Positions 1-11,006 are shown, numbered from the stretch's first letter. The stretch is 64,000 nucleotides of DNA from Acidobacteriota bacterium (GCA_965205505.1 CBDBHB010000009.1:3103851-3167850); one strand, 5' to 3'. The notes: generated from the letters alone by a model not told the origin. Numbers and translations: made by a program.

Positions 1-1919
1 TTGCCATCGGTGGCTCGCTGCTCGCCGCCGGAACCGTTAGCGCATCACCGGCCGTGCCTGGAACGTCAATAGAGCAGACAGCGGTGTCCTACCCGGCGAC
101 CTGGAAGGTCGGCGACTACTACCCACCCAGGCTCACGGGCATGCGCGGCAGCCACCCCGGCTCCTTCGAGGCGGCGCATGCGGTGCGTGACGGCAAGCGC
201 TACGACAACGTCACCGACGTCGACGAGACCTATGACCTGATCGTCGCCGGCGGTGGGCTCAGCGGGCTGGCGGCCGCGTACTTCTTCAAGAAGGCGCTTC
301 CGGAGTCGAAGATTCTGATTCTCGACAACCACGACGACTTCGGTGGCCACGCCAAGCGCAACGAGTTCGAGGTTGATGGCCGTACCGTTGTCACCTACGG
401 CGGCACGGTGTATCTCACCGGGGCCTATACGCACGAGGGCGAAACACTCCTGCGCGACATCGGTCTCGACTGGGATCGTTTCAACAACAACACCGCCTCC
501 AGCCGTGATCTATACGAGGGCATGGGCCTTCAACGCGGCGTGTTTTTCGATCGGGAGACCTTTGGCGAGGACCACCTCGCTATCGGCGAACCCCGATCCG
601 GGGCCAGCGCTGCGGACTGGGAGCAGTTCCTCGCCAGTTCGCCGCTGTCGACGGCGGCGAAGCGCGACATCACGCGCCTATATACCGAGAATGCTGATTA
701 CCTGCCTGACCTCGGTCGGGAGCAAAAGATTGAGAAACTGCGCCGCATGAGCTATCAGGACTACATCCTCAACGTCGTCGGCGTGACGGTGGATGTGGTC
801 CCCTATCTCCTGAAGCGGACCCTCGGCGGTCCCAACGGCGCTGCCGGCATTGATTCGCTCAACGCGTATGCGGCGTTCCGGCACAACTCGCTCCCCGGGT
901 TAAGCGGCCTTGGACTCGGGGATCGTCCGGATCGCAGCTGGCTCGGCGACACCCACAACCCCCTCGAGGGTATCCACTTCCCCGACGGCAACGCCGGACT
1001 CGCACGCCTGATGGTGCGGTGGCTGAACGCCGACGCGCTGCCGGGTAACACGATGGAGGACTCGGTCACCACGCCGGTGCGCTACGAGACGCTGGACCGG
1101 CCCGACAACGACGTCCGCATCAGGCTCAACAGCACCGTGATCGACGTCACCCACATGGGCGAGCGGCGCACCGCAAACGAGGTAGCGCTCACCTACGTGA
1201 GCGGTGACAAAGCGTACCGGGTACACGGTAGCACCTGCGTGCTGGCCTGCTACAACGCTGTCATTCCCCACCTGGTGCGGGATCTTCCGCAGGATCAGAA
1301 GGAGGCGCTCCACATGGCGGTGCGCACCGCCCGGGTATACACCAACGTGCTAATCCGCAACTGGCGGGCGTTCCACGAGCTCGGCCTCAACGGCATCCAC
1401 TGTCCAGGTGGATTCCATCAGAGCATGACCCTCGACTGGTCGACGAAGATCGGCGACTATGGCTTTCCCGAGTCACCCGACGAACCCATCGTGGTGCGCA
1501 TGAACCGCGATCCGATCATGCCGGGCCTCAATGCTCGCGACCAGTTCCGCGCCGGACGCGAAGACATCCTCGCGACCTCGTTCGAGGACTTCGAGCGCAA
1601 TATCCGCGATCAGCTCGACCGCGCCCTCGGGGCGAGCGGCTTCGACGCCGCCGACGACATCCTGGCGATCATCGTCAACCGCTGGCCGCACGGCTACGCC
1701 GGTGCCGCCAACGACCTCTACGATCCCGACTGGGGCTACGACGAGCCACCGTGGGTGCAAGGACGCAAGCGCTTCGGCCGCATCACGATCGCCAACTCCG
1801 ACGCCGCCGCCATATGCCTGACCCAGGCGGCGTTCGACCAGGCGCATCGGGCGGTGAACGAGCTGCTCACCGACGTGCTGCGCCCGGAGTTTCAGTACCC
1901 GTGGGCGGAGCGGACCTGA
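1..1919 (+). CDS. SpdH-like (spermidine dehydrogenase family) FAD-dependent oxidoreductase, copy 1; 5' end lies outside the window
   Basis: Frame is open from the window edge (AIGGSLLAAGT matches the leader of copy 2). Motifs: YYPPRLTGMRGSH, GGGLSG FAD motif, LDNHDDFGGHAKRNEF, HFPDGNA, NRWPHGY. Confidence 0.85.
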   Translation, partial: AIGGSLLAAGTVSASPAVPGTSIEQTAVSYPATWKVGDYYPPRLTGMRGSHPGSFEAAHAVRDGKRYDNVTDVDETYDLIVAGGGLSGLAAAYFFKKALPESKILILDNHDDFGGHAKRNEFEVDGRTVVTYGGTVYLTGAYTHEGETLLRDIGLDWDRFNNNTASSRDLYEGMGLQRGVFFDRETFGEDHLAIGEPRSGASAADWEQFLASSPLSTAAKRDITRLYTENADYLPDLGREQKIEKLRRMSYQDYILNVVGVTVDVVPYLLKRTLGGPNGAAGIDSLNAYAAFRHNSLPGLSGLGLGDRPDRSWLGDTHNPLEGIHFPDGNAGLARLMVRWLNADALPGNTMEDSVTTPVRYETLDRPDNDVRIRLNSTVIDVTHMGERRTANEVALTYVSGDKAYRVHGSTCVLACYNAVIPHLVRDLPQDQKEALHMAVRTARVYTNVLIRNWRAFHELGLNGIHCPGGFHQSMTLDWSTKIGDYGFPESPDEPIVVRMNRDPIMPGLNARDQFRAGREDILATSFEDFERNIRDQLDRALGASGFDAADDILAIIVNRWPHGYAGAANDLYDPDWGYDEPPWVQGRKRFGRITIANSDAAAICLTQAAFDQAHRAVNELLTDVLRPEFQYPWAERT

Positions 1920-1943
1920 TCGCATCACGGAGGGCGGAGGGAC

Positions 1944-2065
1944 TCGGCATGCTCCCTTCGGCCAGCGGTCACCGCTTGGGGGTCGAACGGCTCCTCTGCT
2001 CACGCATCATGGCTTCAGGGTGATGAGCGCCGTGCACGCGAGGCTGCTCGAAGGGAGCATGCCGA
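1944..2065. repeat. 17-bp perfect inverted repeat (TCGGCATGCTCCCTTCG / CGAAGGGAGCATGCCGA) enclosing 88 nt
   Basis: Arms at 1944-1960 and 2049-2065; the right arm abuts the GGAGG RBS of the next gene. Confidence 0.8.
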
Positions 2066-2078
2066 CTGGAGGTACACC

Positions 2079-4094
2079 GTGAACACGACTGACCGCCAGC
2101 TCGGCATGGATCGTGACATCACGCGGCGCGATTTCCTCAACGGCACCAGCATCGCGATCGGTGGCTCGCTGCTCGGCGCCGGAACTGCCGGCGCATCACC
2201 AGCCGTACCCGGAACCACGGCAAAGCAAGCGGGGCTGCCCTACCCCAAGACCTGGGAAGTGGGTGACAACTACCCACCCAGGCTCTTGGGCATGCGCGGC
2301 AGCCACCCGGGCTCCTTCGAGGCGGCGCATGCCGTGCGTGACGGCAAGCGCTACGACGACGTTACCGACCTCGACGAGACCTATGACCTGATCGTCGTTG
2401 GAGGCGGCCTCAGCGGGCTGGCGGCCGCCTACTACTTCAAGAAGGCGCTTCCGGAGTCGAAAATTCTGATTCTCGACAACCACGACGACTTCGGCGGCCA
2501 CGCCAAGCGCAACGAGTTCGAGGTCGACGGCCACACGGTGGTGACCTACGGCGGCTCCGTGTACATGACCGGTGCCTATACGCCCGAGGGTCTGACGATG
2601 CTCCAGGACATCGGCCTCGACTGGGACCGATTCAACAGCACCACTTCCACTAGCTACGACCTGTATGGAGATGGCTACGGAGGAGTGGGCAAGATGGACC
2701 TTCAGGCCGGGGTGCTCTTCGATCGCGAGACCTTCGGGGAGGATCACCTTGCCGTCGGTGAGCCGCAGGGCCGCGCCAGCGCCGCCGATTGGGAGCGCTT
2801 CCTCGCCGGGGCACCGCTCTCGCCGCAGGCCAAGCGCGACATCGTTCGTCTGTACACCGAGAACGCCGACTATATGGCGGGCCTCAGTCGAGAGGAAAAG
2901 ATCGCGAAGCTGCGCCGCATGAGCTATCAGGACTACATCCTCGACGTCGTCGGTGCGACGCCGGACGTGGTTCCCTACTTCCTGAAGCAGACGCTGGGGG
3001 GCCCGAATGGCGCCGCCGGCATCGATTCGCTCAGCGCCTACGTGGCGTTCCGGCACAACTCGCTCCCCGGGCTCCGTGGCCTCGGGCTCGGGGATCGTCC
3101 GGCTCGCAGCTGGCTCGGCGACACGTACAACCCACTCAATCGTCTCCACTTCCCCGACGGCAACGCCGGCCTCGCACGCCTGATCGTGCGCTGGCTCAAC
3201 GCCGCCGACGCGCTGCCCGGCCATACGATGGAGGACTCGGTTACCACACCGGTGCGCTACGAGAGGCTGGACCGACCCGATGACGACGTCCGCGTCAGGC
3301 TCAACAGCACCGTGATCAACGCTACCCACGTGGGCGATCGGCGCACCGCAAGCGAGGTAGCGGTCACCTACGTGACCGGCGACACGGCGTACCGGGTGCG
3401 CGGCAGCACCTGCGTGCTGGCCTGCTACAACGCCGTCATTCCGCACATCGTGCGGGATCTGCCGCAGGAGCAAAAGGACGCGCTCCACATGGCGGTGCGC
3501 ACCGCCCGTGTCTACACCAACGTCCTCATCCGCAACTGGCGGTCATTCGTCAAGCTCGGCATCAACGGCGCCCACTGCCCGGGGAGCTTCCACCAGTTCT
3601 TCAGCCTCAGCTGGACCACCCGGATCGGCGACTACGACTTTACCGAGTCGCCTGATGAACCGATCGTGGTGCGGATGAATCGCGATCCGATTGCGCCGGG
3701 CCTGAACGCACGCGACCAGTTCCGCGCCGGCCGCGAGAACATCCTCGCAACCTCGTTCGAGGACTACGAGCGCAACATCCGCGATCAGCTCAACCGCGCG
3801 CTGGGGGCGGGTGGCTTCGACGCTGCTGACGATATCCTGGCGATCATGGTCAACCGCTGGCCGCACGGTTACGCCGGTGCCGCCAACGAGCTCTACGATC
3901 CCGACTGGGGCTACGACGAGCCACCGTGGCTGCAGGGACGCAAGCGTTTCGGCCGCATCACGATCGCCAACTCCGACGCTGCCGCCATATGCCTGGCCCA
4001 GGCAGCATTCGACCAGGCGCATCGGGCGGTGAGCGAGCTGCTCACCGACGTGCTGCGCCCGGAGTTCCAGTACCCGTGGGCGGAACGGACCTGA
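2079..4094 (+). CDS. SpdH-like FAD-dependent oxidoreductase, copy 2, Tat signal
   Basis: ITRRDFLNG Tat motif; same core motifs as copy 1; C-terminus PEFQYPWAERT. Confidence 0.88.
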   Translation: MNTTDRQLGMDRDITRRDFLNGTSIAIGGSLLGAGTAGASPAVPGTTAKQAGLPYPKTWEVGDNYPPRLLGMRGSHPGSFEAAHAVRDGKRYDDVTDLDETYDLIVVGGGLSGLAAAYYFKKALPESKILILDNHDDFGGHAKRNEFEVDGHTVVTYGGSVYMTGAYTPEGLTMLQDIGLDWDRFNSTTSTSYDLYGDGYGGVGKMDLQAGVLFDRETFGEDHLAVGEPQGRASAADWERFLAGAPLSPQAKRDIVRLYTENADYMAGLSREEKIAKLRRMSYQDYILDVVGATPDVVPYFLKQTLGGPNGAAGIDSLSAYVAFRHNSLPGLRGLGLGDRPARSWLGDTYNPLNRLHFPDGNAGLARLIVRWLNAADALPGHTMEDSVTTPVRYERLDRPDDDVRVRLNSTVINATHVGDRRTASEVAVTYVTGDTAYRVRGSTCVLACYNAVIPHIVRDLPQEQKDALHMAVRTARVYTNVLIRNWRSFVKLGINGAHCPGSFHQFFSLSWTTRIGDYDFTESPDEPIVVRMNRDPIAPGLNARDQFRAGRENILATSFEDYERNIRDQLNRALGAGGFDAADDILAIMVNRWPHGYAGAANELYDPDWGYDEPPWLQGRKRFGRITIANSDAAAICLAQAAFDQAHRAVSELLTDVLRPEFQYPWAERT

Positions 4095-4188
4095 TCGCGT
4101 CCTCGCCAACGCCGACGCGCTGGCACCCACCGAAGATCTCTGTCAGGCTTCGCGCCGACCGAGGCTACGCTGCTATCGAAGGACTGCC

Positions 4189-6183
4189 ATGAGCGCGAAA
4201 GACCGAGAGCTTGGGATGGACCGGGACATCACCCGGCGGGACTTCCTCAACGGGGCGAGCATCGCGATCGGCGGGAGCGCCCTCGGTTCTAGCAGAATCG
4301 CGGGTACTTCAACGAAAGCGGTGACAGCAAGGCCTTCGGGCGGCGCGCCTACGCAGCCCGGCGAGTACTACCCGCCGCGGCTGACTGGGATGCGGGGCAG
4401 CCATGAGGGCTCCTACGAGGTGGCGCACGAGATGCGCTACGGGAAGACCTGGGGCAACGCCGAGGACACCGGCGAGCGCTACGACTTGATTGTCGTCGGG
4501 GGCGGGTTGAGCGGTCTGTCGGCGGCGTATTTCTTCCGCAAGGCGTTGCCGGCGGCGCGGATTCTGATTCTCGACAATCACGATGACTTCGGGGGGCACG
4601 CGAAACGCAACGAGTTCGAGGTCGACGGCAAGCTGGTGATCGGCTACGGCGGCACGATGATGATCCATGGCGCCAACAGCTACCCGCATGAGGCCAAGGC
4701 GCTGCTGGAGGACATCGGGATCGACAAGCCGCGGTTCCTGAAAACAACCGCGCGCGATCGGAGTATCTACCGCGAGATGGGGCTCCAGGCGGGCATCTTC
4801 TTCGACAAAGAGACGTTTGGCTCCGACCACCTCGCGGTCGGTGATCCAGCTGGCTGGGGAGCGGTTCGTAGCACGCTCACATGGACGCAATTCCTTGCCG
4901 ACACACCGCTTTCCGATGGCGTGAAGCGCGACATAGCGCGTGCCTACGATGACAAGACCGACTATCTGGCCGGTTTGACCTCCGAGGAGAAGATCGCGCG
5001 ACTACGGAGGATTAGCTACCAGGACTACCTGCTGAAGGTCGTCAAAGCGGATCCCGGCGTCATGCCGTTCTTCATGCGCCGTGCCGAAGGCGGCTCCAAC
5101 GGTGCCGCCGGGATCGACTCCTACAGTGCCTGGGGCGCGTTTCGGTCCGGTTGGCTTCCGGGCTTCGATGGGCTCGGCCTCGAGCGGCCGCCCCAGAGCT
5201 GGCTCGGCCCGGGGAACGACTTCGGCGACGACATCCATTTCCCCGACGGCAACGCCGCTGTGGCGCGACTGATCGTAAGGTGGTTGATTCCACGCGCCCT
5301 TCCCGGCACGACGATGGAAGATTCGGTGGCGACGCCAGTCAACTATGCTGCCATCGACGACAGCGGCAGCCCGGTTCGGATTCGCTTGAACAGCACGGCC
5401 GTCCACGTCAGCCACGTCGGCGAGCGGCGCTCCGCAGGCGAGGTTGAAGTGACCTATGTGCGCGGCGGCAAGGCGCACCGGGCACGCGGCGCCACCTGTG
5501 TAATGGCCTGCTACAACGCCATGATCCCGTATCTCTGTCCCGACTTTCCCGAGGAACAGAAGGCGGCGCTGAAGATGGCCGTACGCCAACCGCTCGTCTA
5601 CACCAGCGTCATGGTGCGCAACTGGCGAGCGTTCCACGAACTCGGTATCAACAGCTTCTACGGCCCGGGTTGCTACCACGGCAGTGCGATGCTGGACATG
5701 GGACGAAGTCTTGGGGGCTATACATGTGCGCGCACGCCTGACGACCCACAGCCCCTTCACCTGCAGCGAATGCCGGCCAACAAGCCCGGCCTTCCGGCTC
5801 GGGACCAGTTCCGGGCTGGGCGAGAGGAGCTGCTGGCCACGTCGTTCGAGTACTTCGAGTACCGCATCCGCGACGAGCTCGGACGGGCCCTGGCGGGCGG
5901 CGGCTTCGACCCTGCCGAAGACATCGGGGCGATCACCGTCAACCGCTGGCCGCACGGTTACGCGGGCGGCGCCAATGACCTTTACGATCCGGACTGGGGC
6001 TACGACGAGGTCCCCTGGGTCGTAGGCCGGAAGCGCTTCGGCCGCATCGCCATCGCCAACTCGGACGCCGCCGCCACCAGCCTGACGCACGCCGCCATGG
6101 ACCAAGCGCATCGCGCCGTTCAGGAGCTCCTCGGTGACGTGATCAGACCGGAGTTTCAGTATCCCTGGGCTGAGCGGACCTGA
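4189..6183 (+). CDS. SpdH-like FAD-dependent oxidoreductase, copy 3, Tat signal
   Basis: ITRRDFLNG, GGGLSG, DNHDDFGGHAKRNEF, NRWPHGY, C-terminus PEFQYPWAERT. Confidence 0.88.
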   Translation: MSAKDRELGMDRDITRRDFLNGASIAIGGSALGSSRIAGTSTKAVTARPSGGAPTQPGEYYPPRLTGMRGSHEGSYEVAHEMRYGKTWGNAEDTGERYDLIVVGGGLSGLSAAYFFRKALPAARILILDNHDDFGGHAKRNEFEVDGKLVIGYGGTMMIHGANSYPHEAKALLEDIGIDKPRFLKTTARDRSIYREMGLQAGIFFDKETFGSDHLAVGDPAGWGAVRSTLTWTQFLADTPLSDGVKRDIARAYDDKTDYLAGLTSEEKIARLRRISYQDYLLKVVKADPGVMPFFMRRAEGGSNGAAGIDSYSAWGAFRSGWLPGFDGLGLERPPQSWLGPGNDFGDDIHFPDGNAAVARLIVRWLIPRALPGTTMEDSVATPVNYAAIDDSGSPVRIRLNSTAVHVSHVGERRSAGEVEVTYVRGGKAHRARGATCVMACYNAMIPYLCPDFPEEQKAALKMAVRQPLVYTSVMVRNWRAFHELGINSFYGPGCYHGSAMLDMGRSLGGYTCARTPDDPQPLHLQRMPANKPGLPARDQFRAGREELLATSFEYFEYRIRDELGRALAGGGFDPAEDIGAITVNRWPHGYAGGANDLYDPDWGYDEVPWVVGRKRFGRIAIANSDAAATSLTHAAMDQAHRAVQELLGDVIRPEFQYPWAERT

Positions 6184-6291
6184 TCGCGTGACCGACTCCC
6201 TCCACGGTGACGCGTTGACTACGCCGCACAGCACACGCAGGTGCTCCACCCTGGCGTAGGTGCGTGCGTGACCGCCAATGCCACCGGCCTG

Positions 6292-8421
6292 CTACCGGCG
6301 ACCGGCCTCCGCATGCCGTCGGCGCAACTGCTCATAGAGAGAGCGCGTCTCTTCAACCCGCTCTGCCAAGGCCGGCAGCTGCAGGTCCCACTGCTCGATC
6401 AGCAGGTCCCCGGTCTCGAAGGATTCGAGATCCTCCGACGGGTCGATGGGGGTAGAGAGGAGCTCCTGCAGGTGCTGCAGGCGCTCGTCGATGAGCTGTG
6501 GCACAGACTCCGTGTTCCACGTGGGCTGATCGTCGACAACCACGTAGAAAGGGGCGCTGTGGGCCACGGTCGTGTACCAGCGCTCGGCATTTACCCCGTA
6601 GGCGCGGACGGCAAGCCACATGCTCCGGTCCGCGACCAGCGTGGTTTGTAGGTGCGCACGATCCTCGCCGGATTCCACCGGGACCTCCTCCACCACATCA
6701 CCGAAGACCACCAGCTCCAACCGTACGAGCGGCTCGATCTCGGGGTTCATCTTTGCCGTCGCCACGATACTCAGGGGGGCCCCGGCCGCGACATGAATCT
6801 CGGCGCCCATGGGCTGGCCGTTGACCGTGGCGTCGAGAAACGGGCCGTTGGTGACATACGTACGTCCCTCGCCGAACGCGTCGAACCAGGCGTCAGCGCT
6901 GAACGGGCCGTCGAGTTGTACGTACGTTCGCTCCACGCCGGGCAGCGTGGGGCCGAAGTAGGGGTAGTCGGCGCCAGCGGCCGGCAAGATGCGATATCCG
7001 AGGTTGAGGAAGTCGTACCAGAGATCGGTGTACAGACGACCGCCCTGCAGAACCTCGATGAAGTCGATCAGTCCATATGGAATCTCGAGGGCGAGACCGC
7101 GCTCGCCATTGAACAACGACCCCAGGTGCGCGTAACCGGTGATGCCCCCGTCCGCACGGGTCTGCTCGAACACCTTGTGGTACTCGTAGAACGCTGTCGC
7201 ATCGGCATGCGTCGGCCGCCCGATGTTCCAGTGCAGCGTGTGGCCGCGCTGACCGGTTCGCGGGTCTTCCTGACCAGACACGAGCACGGTTCCGTCGCGA
7301 GCAAAGCGACCATCGTTCCCCCACGCAGGCTGGGTGAAATAGGTTCCGCCGATATTGCCCATCTCCACCAAGTTGGCCACATGCAGGTCTTCCGCGGCGA
7401 TCTGCGACCAGACGTCTAGATCGTCGACGCGATCGCGCTGTAGATGAATGTGCGAATCGCCCGAAAACCAACCGCGGCTCGGCAGGTCGTCGTAGCGTTG
7501 CAGCAAGACGGCGACTTCCGTGGTCTCCCCCGCCCCGACCTCGAAGGTGCCGTAGTAGGCGTGGTACTCGATGCCGTGGGTTGCCGCGAGCTCGTAGCTG
7601 CCTACCGGTAGCCGCGCCTCGTAGGAGCCATCGATATAGAAGGCCTGACGGTTCTCGGAGGGCCACATGGTGCGGCGGTTCAACCAGTGGCGACGAACCT
7701 CGTCGATGAACCTCCAGACCGGAATCGCGTCGTCAGATGGTAGCGGCGCGCGACCGGTGGCATCAAAGATGCCCACCCTTGCCGGCATCGTGCTGCTCGT
7801 GTCAGCATCCTCTACGGTAAGCTGCACGACTCCGAATTCCGTCGCCGCCCGTGTGGTCCCGCTACGCTCGATCGATACATCACAAAGCGCCACGGTGCCA
7901 CGGTACACGCCCACCGCGAGATCGGTTTCTTGGGCACCGAGCCCCGCCAGCCGCGCCCGGTCAAGCGTGACCGTGGTCTCGCGGAACGTGGCACCCGGCT
8001 CCACGTCGATGTCCAATCTACCGTGGCCGTCACCGCCGTTGCGGTCCCAGATCACCTGAAAAGGAGAGGCAGTGGTGAACTCCGGAGCGTACGTCAAGGT
8101 CAGAGTAGCGGCCTCATCGATGTCATAGGCGTAGTCGTCGTCGACGTCGAAGGAGACCATGTTGCCGACTACACAGTCCCTGCCGTCGATGGTGCGCATC
8201 TCGGCATGGGCCACATCCATCTCCATGCCGAGCTCCGGATACCCCAGGCCGATGACCTTGGTGAAGTGCTCCTTGTTCCAGGGAACCGGCTCGATGTAAC
8301 GGGCTTCGCGGCGGTCGAGTGCCGCTGCCTCTCTTGCCGGCGCGGGCGCTCCATTGGTGCATGCGGTTCCCAGGATGGCGACGGTGAGAGCTGCACCCGT
8401 AGCTCTGGCGATACGGCGCAT
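6292..8421 (-). CDS. CehA/McbA-family (PHP-fold) metallohydrolase, probable lipoprotein
   Basis: Start at MRRIARATG with lipobox-like LGTAC; WFSGDSHIH, GHTLH, YAHLG, GAD and GRTYVTNGP motifs. Confidence 0.7.
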   Translation of the reverse strand: MRRIARATGAALTVAILGTACTNGAPAPAREAAALDRREARYIEPVPWNKEHFTKVIGLGYPELGMEMDVAHAEMRTIDGRDCVVGNMVSFDVDDDYAYDIDEAATLTLTYAPEFTTASPFQVIWDRNGGDGHGRLDIDVEPGATFRETTVTLDRARLAGLGAQETDLAVGVYRGTVALCDVSIERSGTTRAATEFGVVQLTVEDADTSSTMPARVGIFDATGRAPLPSDDAIPVWRFIDEVRRHWLNRRTMWPSENRQAFYIDGSYEARLPVGSYELAATHGIEYHAYYGTFEVGAGETTEVAVLLQRYDDLPSRGWFSGDSHIHLQRDRVDDLDVWSQIAAEDLHVANLVEMGNIGGTYFTQPAWGNDGRFARDGTVLVSGQEDPRTGQRGHTLHWNIGRPTHADATAFYEYHKVFEQTRADGGITGYAHLGSLFNGERGLALEIPYGLIDFIEVLQGGRLYTDLWYDFLNLGYRILPAAGADYPYFGPTLPGVERTYVQLDGPFSADAWFDAFGEGRTYVTNGPFLDATVNGQPMGAEIHVAAGAPLSIVATAKMNPEIEPLVRLELVVFGDVVEEVPVESGEDRAHLQTTLVADRSMWLAVRAYGVNAERWYTTVAHSAPFYVVVDDQPTWNTESVPQLIDERLQHLQELLSTPIDPSEDLESFETGDLLIEQWDLQLPALAERVEETRSLYEQLRRRHAEAGRR

Positions 8422-8456
8422 CTCCGGTCTCCTGGTTGCGGCGGAGTTGTTCGAGG

Positions 8457-10358
8457 CTACTTCAGCCCGTTTGCCAACATCAGCTCCTGGACGGCTCGAT
8501 CCGCCTGATCGATGGCGACGTTGGTGTACGCCGCCGCGCCAGCGTCGGCGTTGGCGATGGCGATCTTTCCGAAGGGCTTGCGGCCGAGCACGTGCGGACG
8601 CTCGGCATCGGGCACGTCCGGGTCGGCAAGCGTATCGTAGGTGTAGGCATAGCCGTGCGGCCACCGGTTGGCGGTGATCGCCAGGATGTCCTCGACCGGG
8701 TCGAAGCCGCCGCCCGCGAGGGCGCGCGTCAGCTGATCACGAATCTCCAGCTCGATGGTCTCGAACGGGGTCATCAGCATATCGAGCATGCCGGCGCGCT
8801 GCTGGTCCTTGCGCGGCAGGCCAGGCTCGTTGGGGTTGCGCACCATGTGCAACACGATGGGCTCGTCGGGAGACTGTGTGCATTCGTAGCCCCCCATCGA
8901 CACCGGATAGTCGAGGCTGCAGGAGCTGTGGTACATGGCCGGATAGCTGATACGGGAGACTCCCAGCTCCTTGAATGCCCGCCAGTTTCTGATGAACACG
9001 TTGGTGTACATCATCGGTACCTTCACCGCGTAGCCGAGCGCCTCTTTCTGCGTTTGCGGAAGGTCGGGGACCAGGTATGGAATAACGTGGTTCCAGCAGG
9101 CGAGCAGACAGTTGCGGGCTCGTACCCGCACCATCTTGCCGTCCCGCACGTAGGCGCCGCGCACCCAGTCGGCGTGTTCGGGCGCGCCCTCGTGCTCCAC
9201 CCGTACGACGGTGCTGTCGAGGCGCAGCCGCACCGTAGCCCCTTGCTCGTCGAGGCGGTCGTAGCGCAGCGGGGCTTTCAGCACCGACTGCATGTCGTGG
9301 TCGCCGGGCAGCGCGGCGGGAACCAGCCGGTTGATCAGCAGGCGCGCTATGGTGGCGTTGCCGTCCGGGAAGTGGAAGCGGTAGGCCCGGCTGCCCGGCC
9401 AGCGCGGCTCGAGCCCGAGGTCGAGGCCGTCGAATCCGGGCGCTCCGCCCTTCGCCGCCTCCAGCGCCGGCAGCGTATCGACCCGCTTGTTGTTTCGGTA
9501 GCCGCGGCCGAGGAAGAACTTGATCGCCTCCGGGCTGACCTTTGCCACCTCGAGCAGGTAGTCCTGGTAGCTCGTCCTGGCGAGGCGGGCGCGCTTTTCG
9601 ACGCGGCCCACGCCGGCCATGTAGTCGCCGTTGCTGGTGTGGATCCGGATCAGATCCTGGCGCGCCTGCTCCGAGAACGGTGCTTTGCGGAAGAACTCCT
9701 CCCAGGACGCGTCTCCCGGCCCGACCACCAGCCGGTCGGCGCCGAAGGTCTCGCGATCGAAGAAGGTCGCCGAGCCCAACCCCGCGTAGACATTGCTGTC
9801 GACAAACTCGCCAGCACGCGCGACCTCGATGCCCAGATCCCGCACCAGAGCCTTGGCAGCATAGCTGTAGGGGAACGGTGAAACGATGCTCTGGGTGCCG
9901 CCGTAGCCGATCCAGGTCCGCTCCTTGTAGGTGAACTCGTTGCGCTTGGCGTGTCCACCGAAGTCGTCGTGGTTGTCGAGGATCAGAACGGTCTGATCGT
10001 TGCCGAGCGCTTGACGGAAGAAGTGGGCGGCCGACAGTCCCGAGAGCCCGCCGCCAACCACCACCAGGTCATAGACCTCGCCGGTGTCCACGGCGTCAGA
10101 CAAGCTCTCGTAGGCGCCGTCGCGCAGACGGTGCCCCGCCTCGAACGAGCCCTCGTGGCTGCCGCGCAGCCCGGTGAGGCTGGGCGGGTAGCTGGTAGCT
10201 ACACCCTCCGGCGTGAGGTTCGACCCTTTGAGCCCGCGCAGCGCGCTGCGTGTCGCCGCCCACGCGCCGACGCTGCCCACCGCGAAGCCGTTGACGAAAT
10301 CACGCCGCGTGATGCCGCGGCCCATGCCGAGCTGGCGTGCCTTGACCCGATCTACCAT
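8457..10358 (-). CDS. SpdH-like FAD-dependent oxidoreductase, copy 4 (divergent), Tat signal
   Basis: ITRRDFVNG, YPPSLTGLRGSH, DNHDDFGGHAKRNEF, NRWPHGYAY; lacks the PWAERT tail. Confidence 0.88.
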   Translation of the reverse strand: MVDRVKARQLGMGRGITRRDFVNGFAVGSVGAWAATRSALRGLKGSNLTPEGVATSYPPSLTGLRGSHEGSFEAGHRLRDGAYESLSDAVDTGEVYDLVVVGGGLSGLSAAHFFRQALGNDQTVLILDNHDDFGGHAKRNEFTYKERTWIGYGGTQSIVSPFPYSYAAKALVRDLGIEVARAGEFVDSNVYAGLGSATFFDRETFGADRLVVGPGDASWEEFFRKAPFSEQARQDLIRIHTSNGDYMAGVGRVEKRARLARTSYQDYLLEVAKVSPEAIKFFLGRGYRNNKRVDTLPALEAAKGGAPGFDGLDLGLEPRWPGSRAYRFHFPDGNATIARLLINRLVPAALPGDHDMQSVLKAPLRYDRLDEQGATVRLRLDSTVVRVEHEGAPEHADWVRGAYVRDGKMVRVRARNCLLACWNHVIPYLVPDLPQTQKEALGYAVKVPMMYTNVFIRNWRAFKELGVSRISYPAMYHSSCSLDYPVSMGGYECTQSPDEPIVLHMVRNPNEPGLPRKDQQRAGMLDMLMTPFETIELEIRDQLTRALAGGGFDPVEDILAITANRWPHGYAYTYDTLADPDVPDAERPHVLGRKPFGKIAIANADAGAAAYTNVAIDQADRAVQELMLANGLK

Positions 10359-10582
10359 CGTCCCCTCCTGCACAGATCTAATGGGCCCAGGCGCTCGCTG
10401 TCAACTTGGCCTGCTAGCGCGCCAGGCCGATCCAGGCTCCCCCCAAATCCTCTGTGAACCGGTTGTCTTTGCCGTTTGGCATCGGTAGAGTCCGGGCCGT
10501 CACTGTCAAACTGCAATTGGACAGGCGCATGCGCTCCGGCTGACGAACCCGATAGCCCGCCTGTCGAGGGAGGAACAACAAG

Positions 10583-10963
10583 ATGCAAGGTAAGTGCCTG
10601 TGTGGAGGCGTGCAGTACGAGGCCAGTGATTCTCAGCTCATGGCCCATTGCCATTGCTCGCGATGCCAGCACAGCAGCGGAACAGCGCATGGCACGGTAG
10701 TGATGGTGAAGCCTGAGAACTTCAAGATCACGCAAGGCGCCGAGCTCGTGCACAAGTACGAAGAGGATCCGTACACTGCTCGCGTGTCGTGCTCCAACTG
10801 TGGCGGCAACCTCTACCACGGCGAGGTCTTCATCGAGGCCGGCACGCTCATCGGGGATCCAGGCGTGCGTCCCACGATGCACATCATGGTCGACCATAAG
10901 GCGCCGTGGCACGAGATCACCGACGGCCTGCCGCAACACGGGGAGTGGCCACCGAGCGACTGA
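10583..10963 (+). CDS. GFA/CENP-V family Zn-binding protein
   Basis: GKCLCGGV, HCHCSRCQ, CSNCG, HIMV..KAPW; GAGGAGG RBS. Confidence 0.88.
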   Translation: MQGKCLCGGVQYEASDSQLMAHCHCSRCQHSSGTAHGTVVMVKPENFKITQGAELVHKYEEDPYTARVSCSNCGGNLYHGEVFIEAGTLIGDPGVRPTMHIMVDHKAPWHEITDGLPQHGEWPPSD

Positions 10964-11006
10964 GCGTCGCCGGTTACCTGTCGCAGCGCTGACGAACTCG
11001 ACGTTT

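Noticed and set aside
2196-9881. Long antisense ORFs (e.g. 2196-3488, 5002-6249, 8436-9881; also 14148-15791 and 23043-24572)
   Set aside because: They are shadows of real genes caused by high-GC codon bias and have no recognisable motifs.
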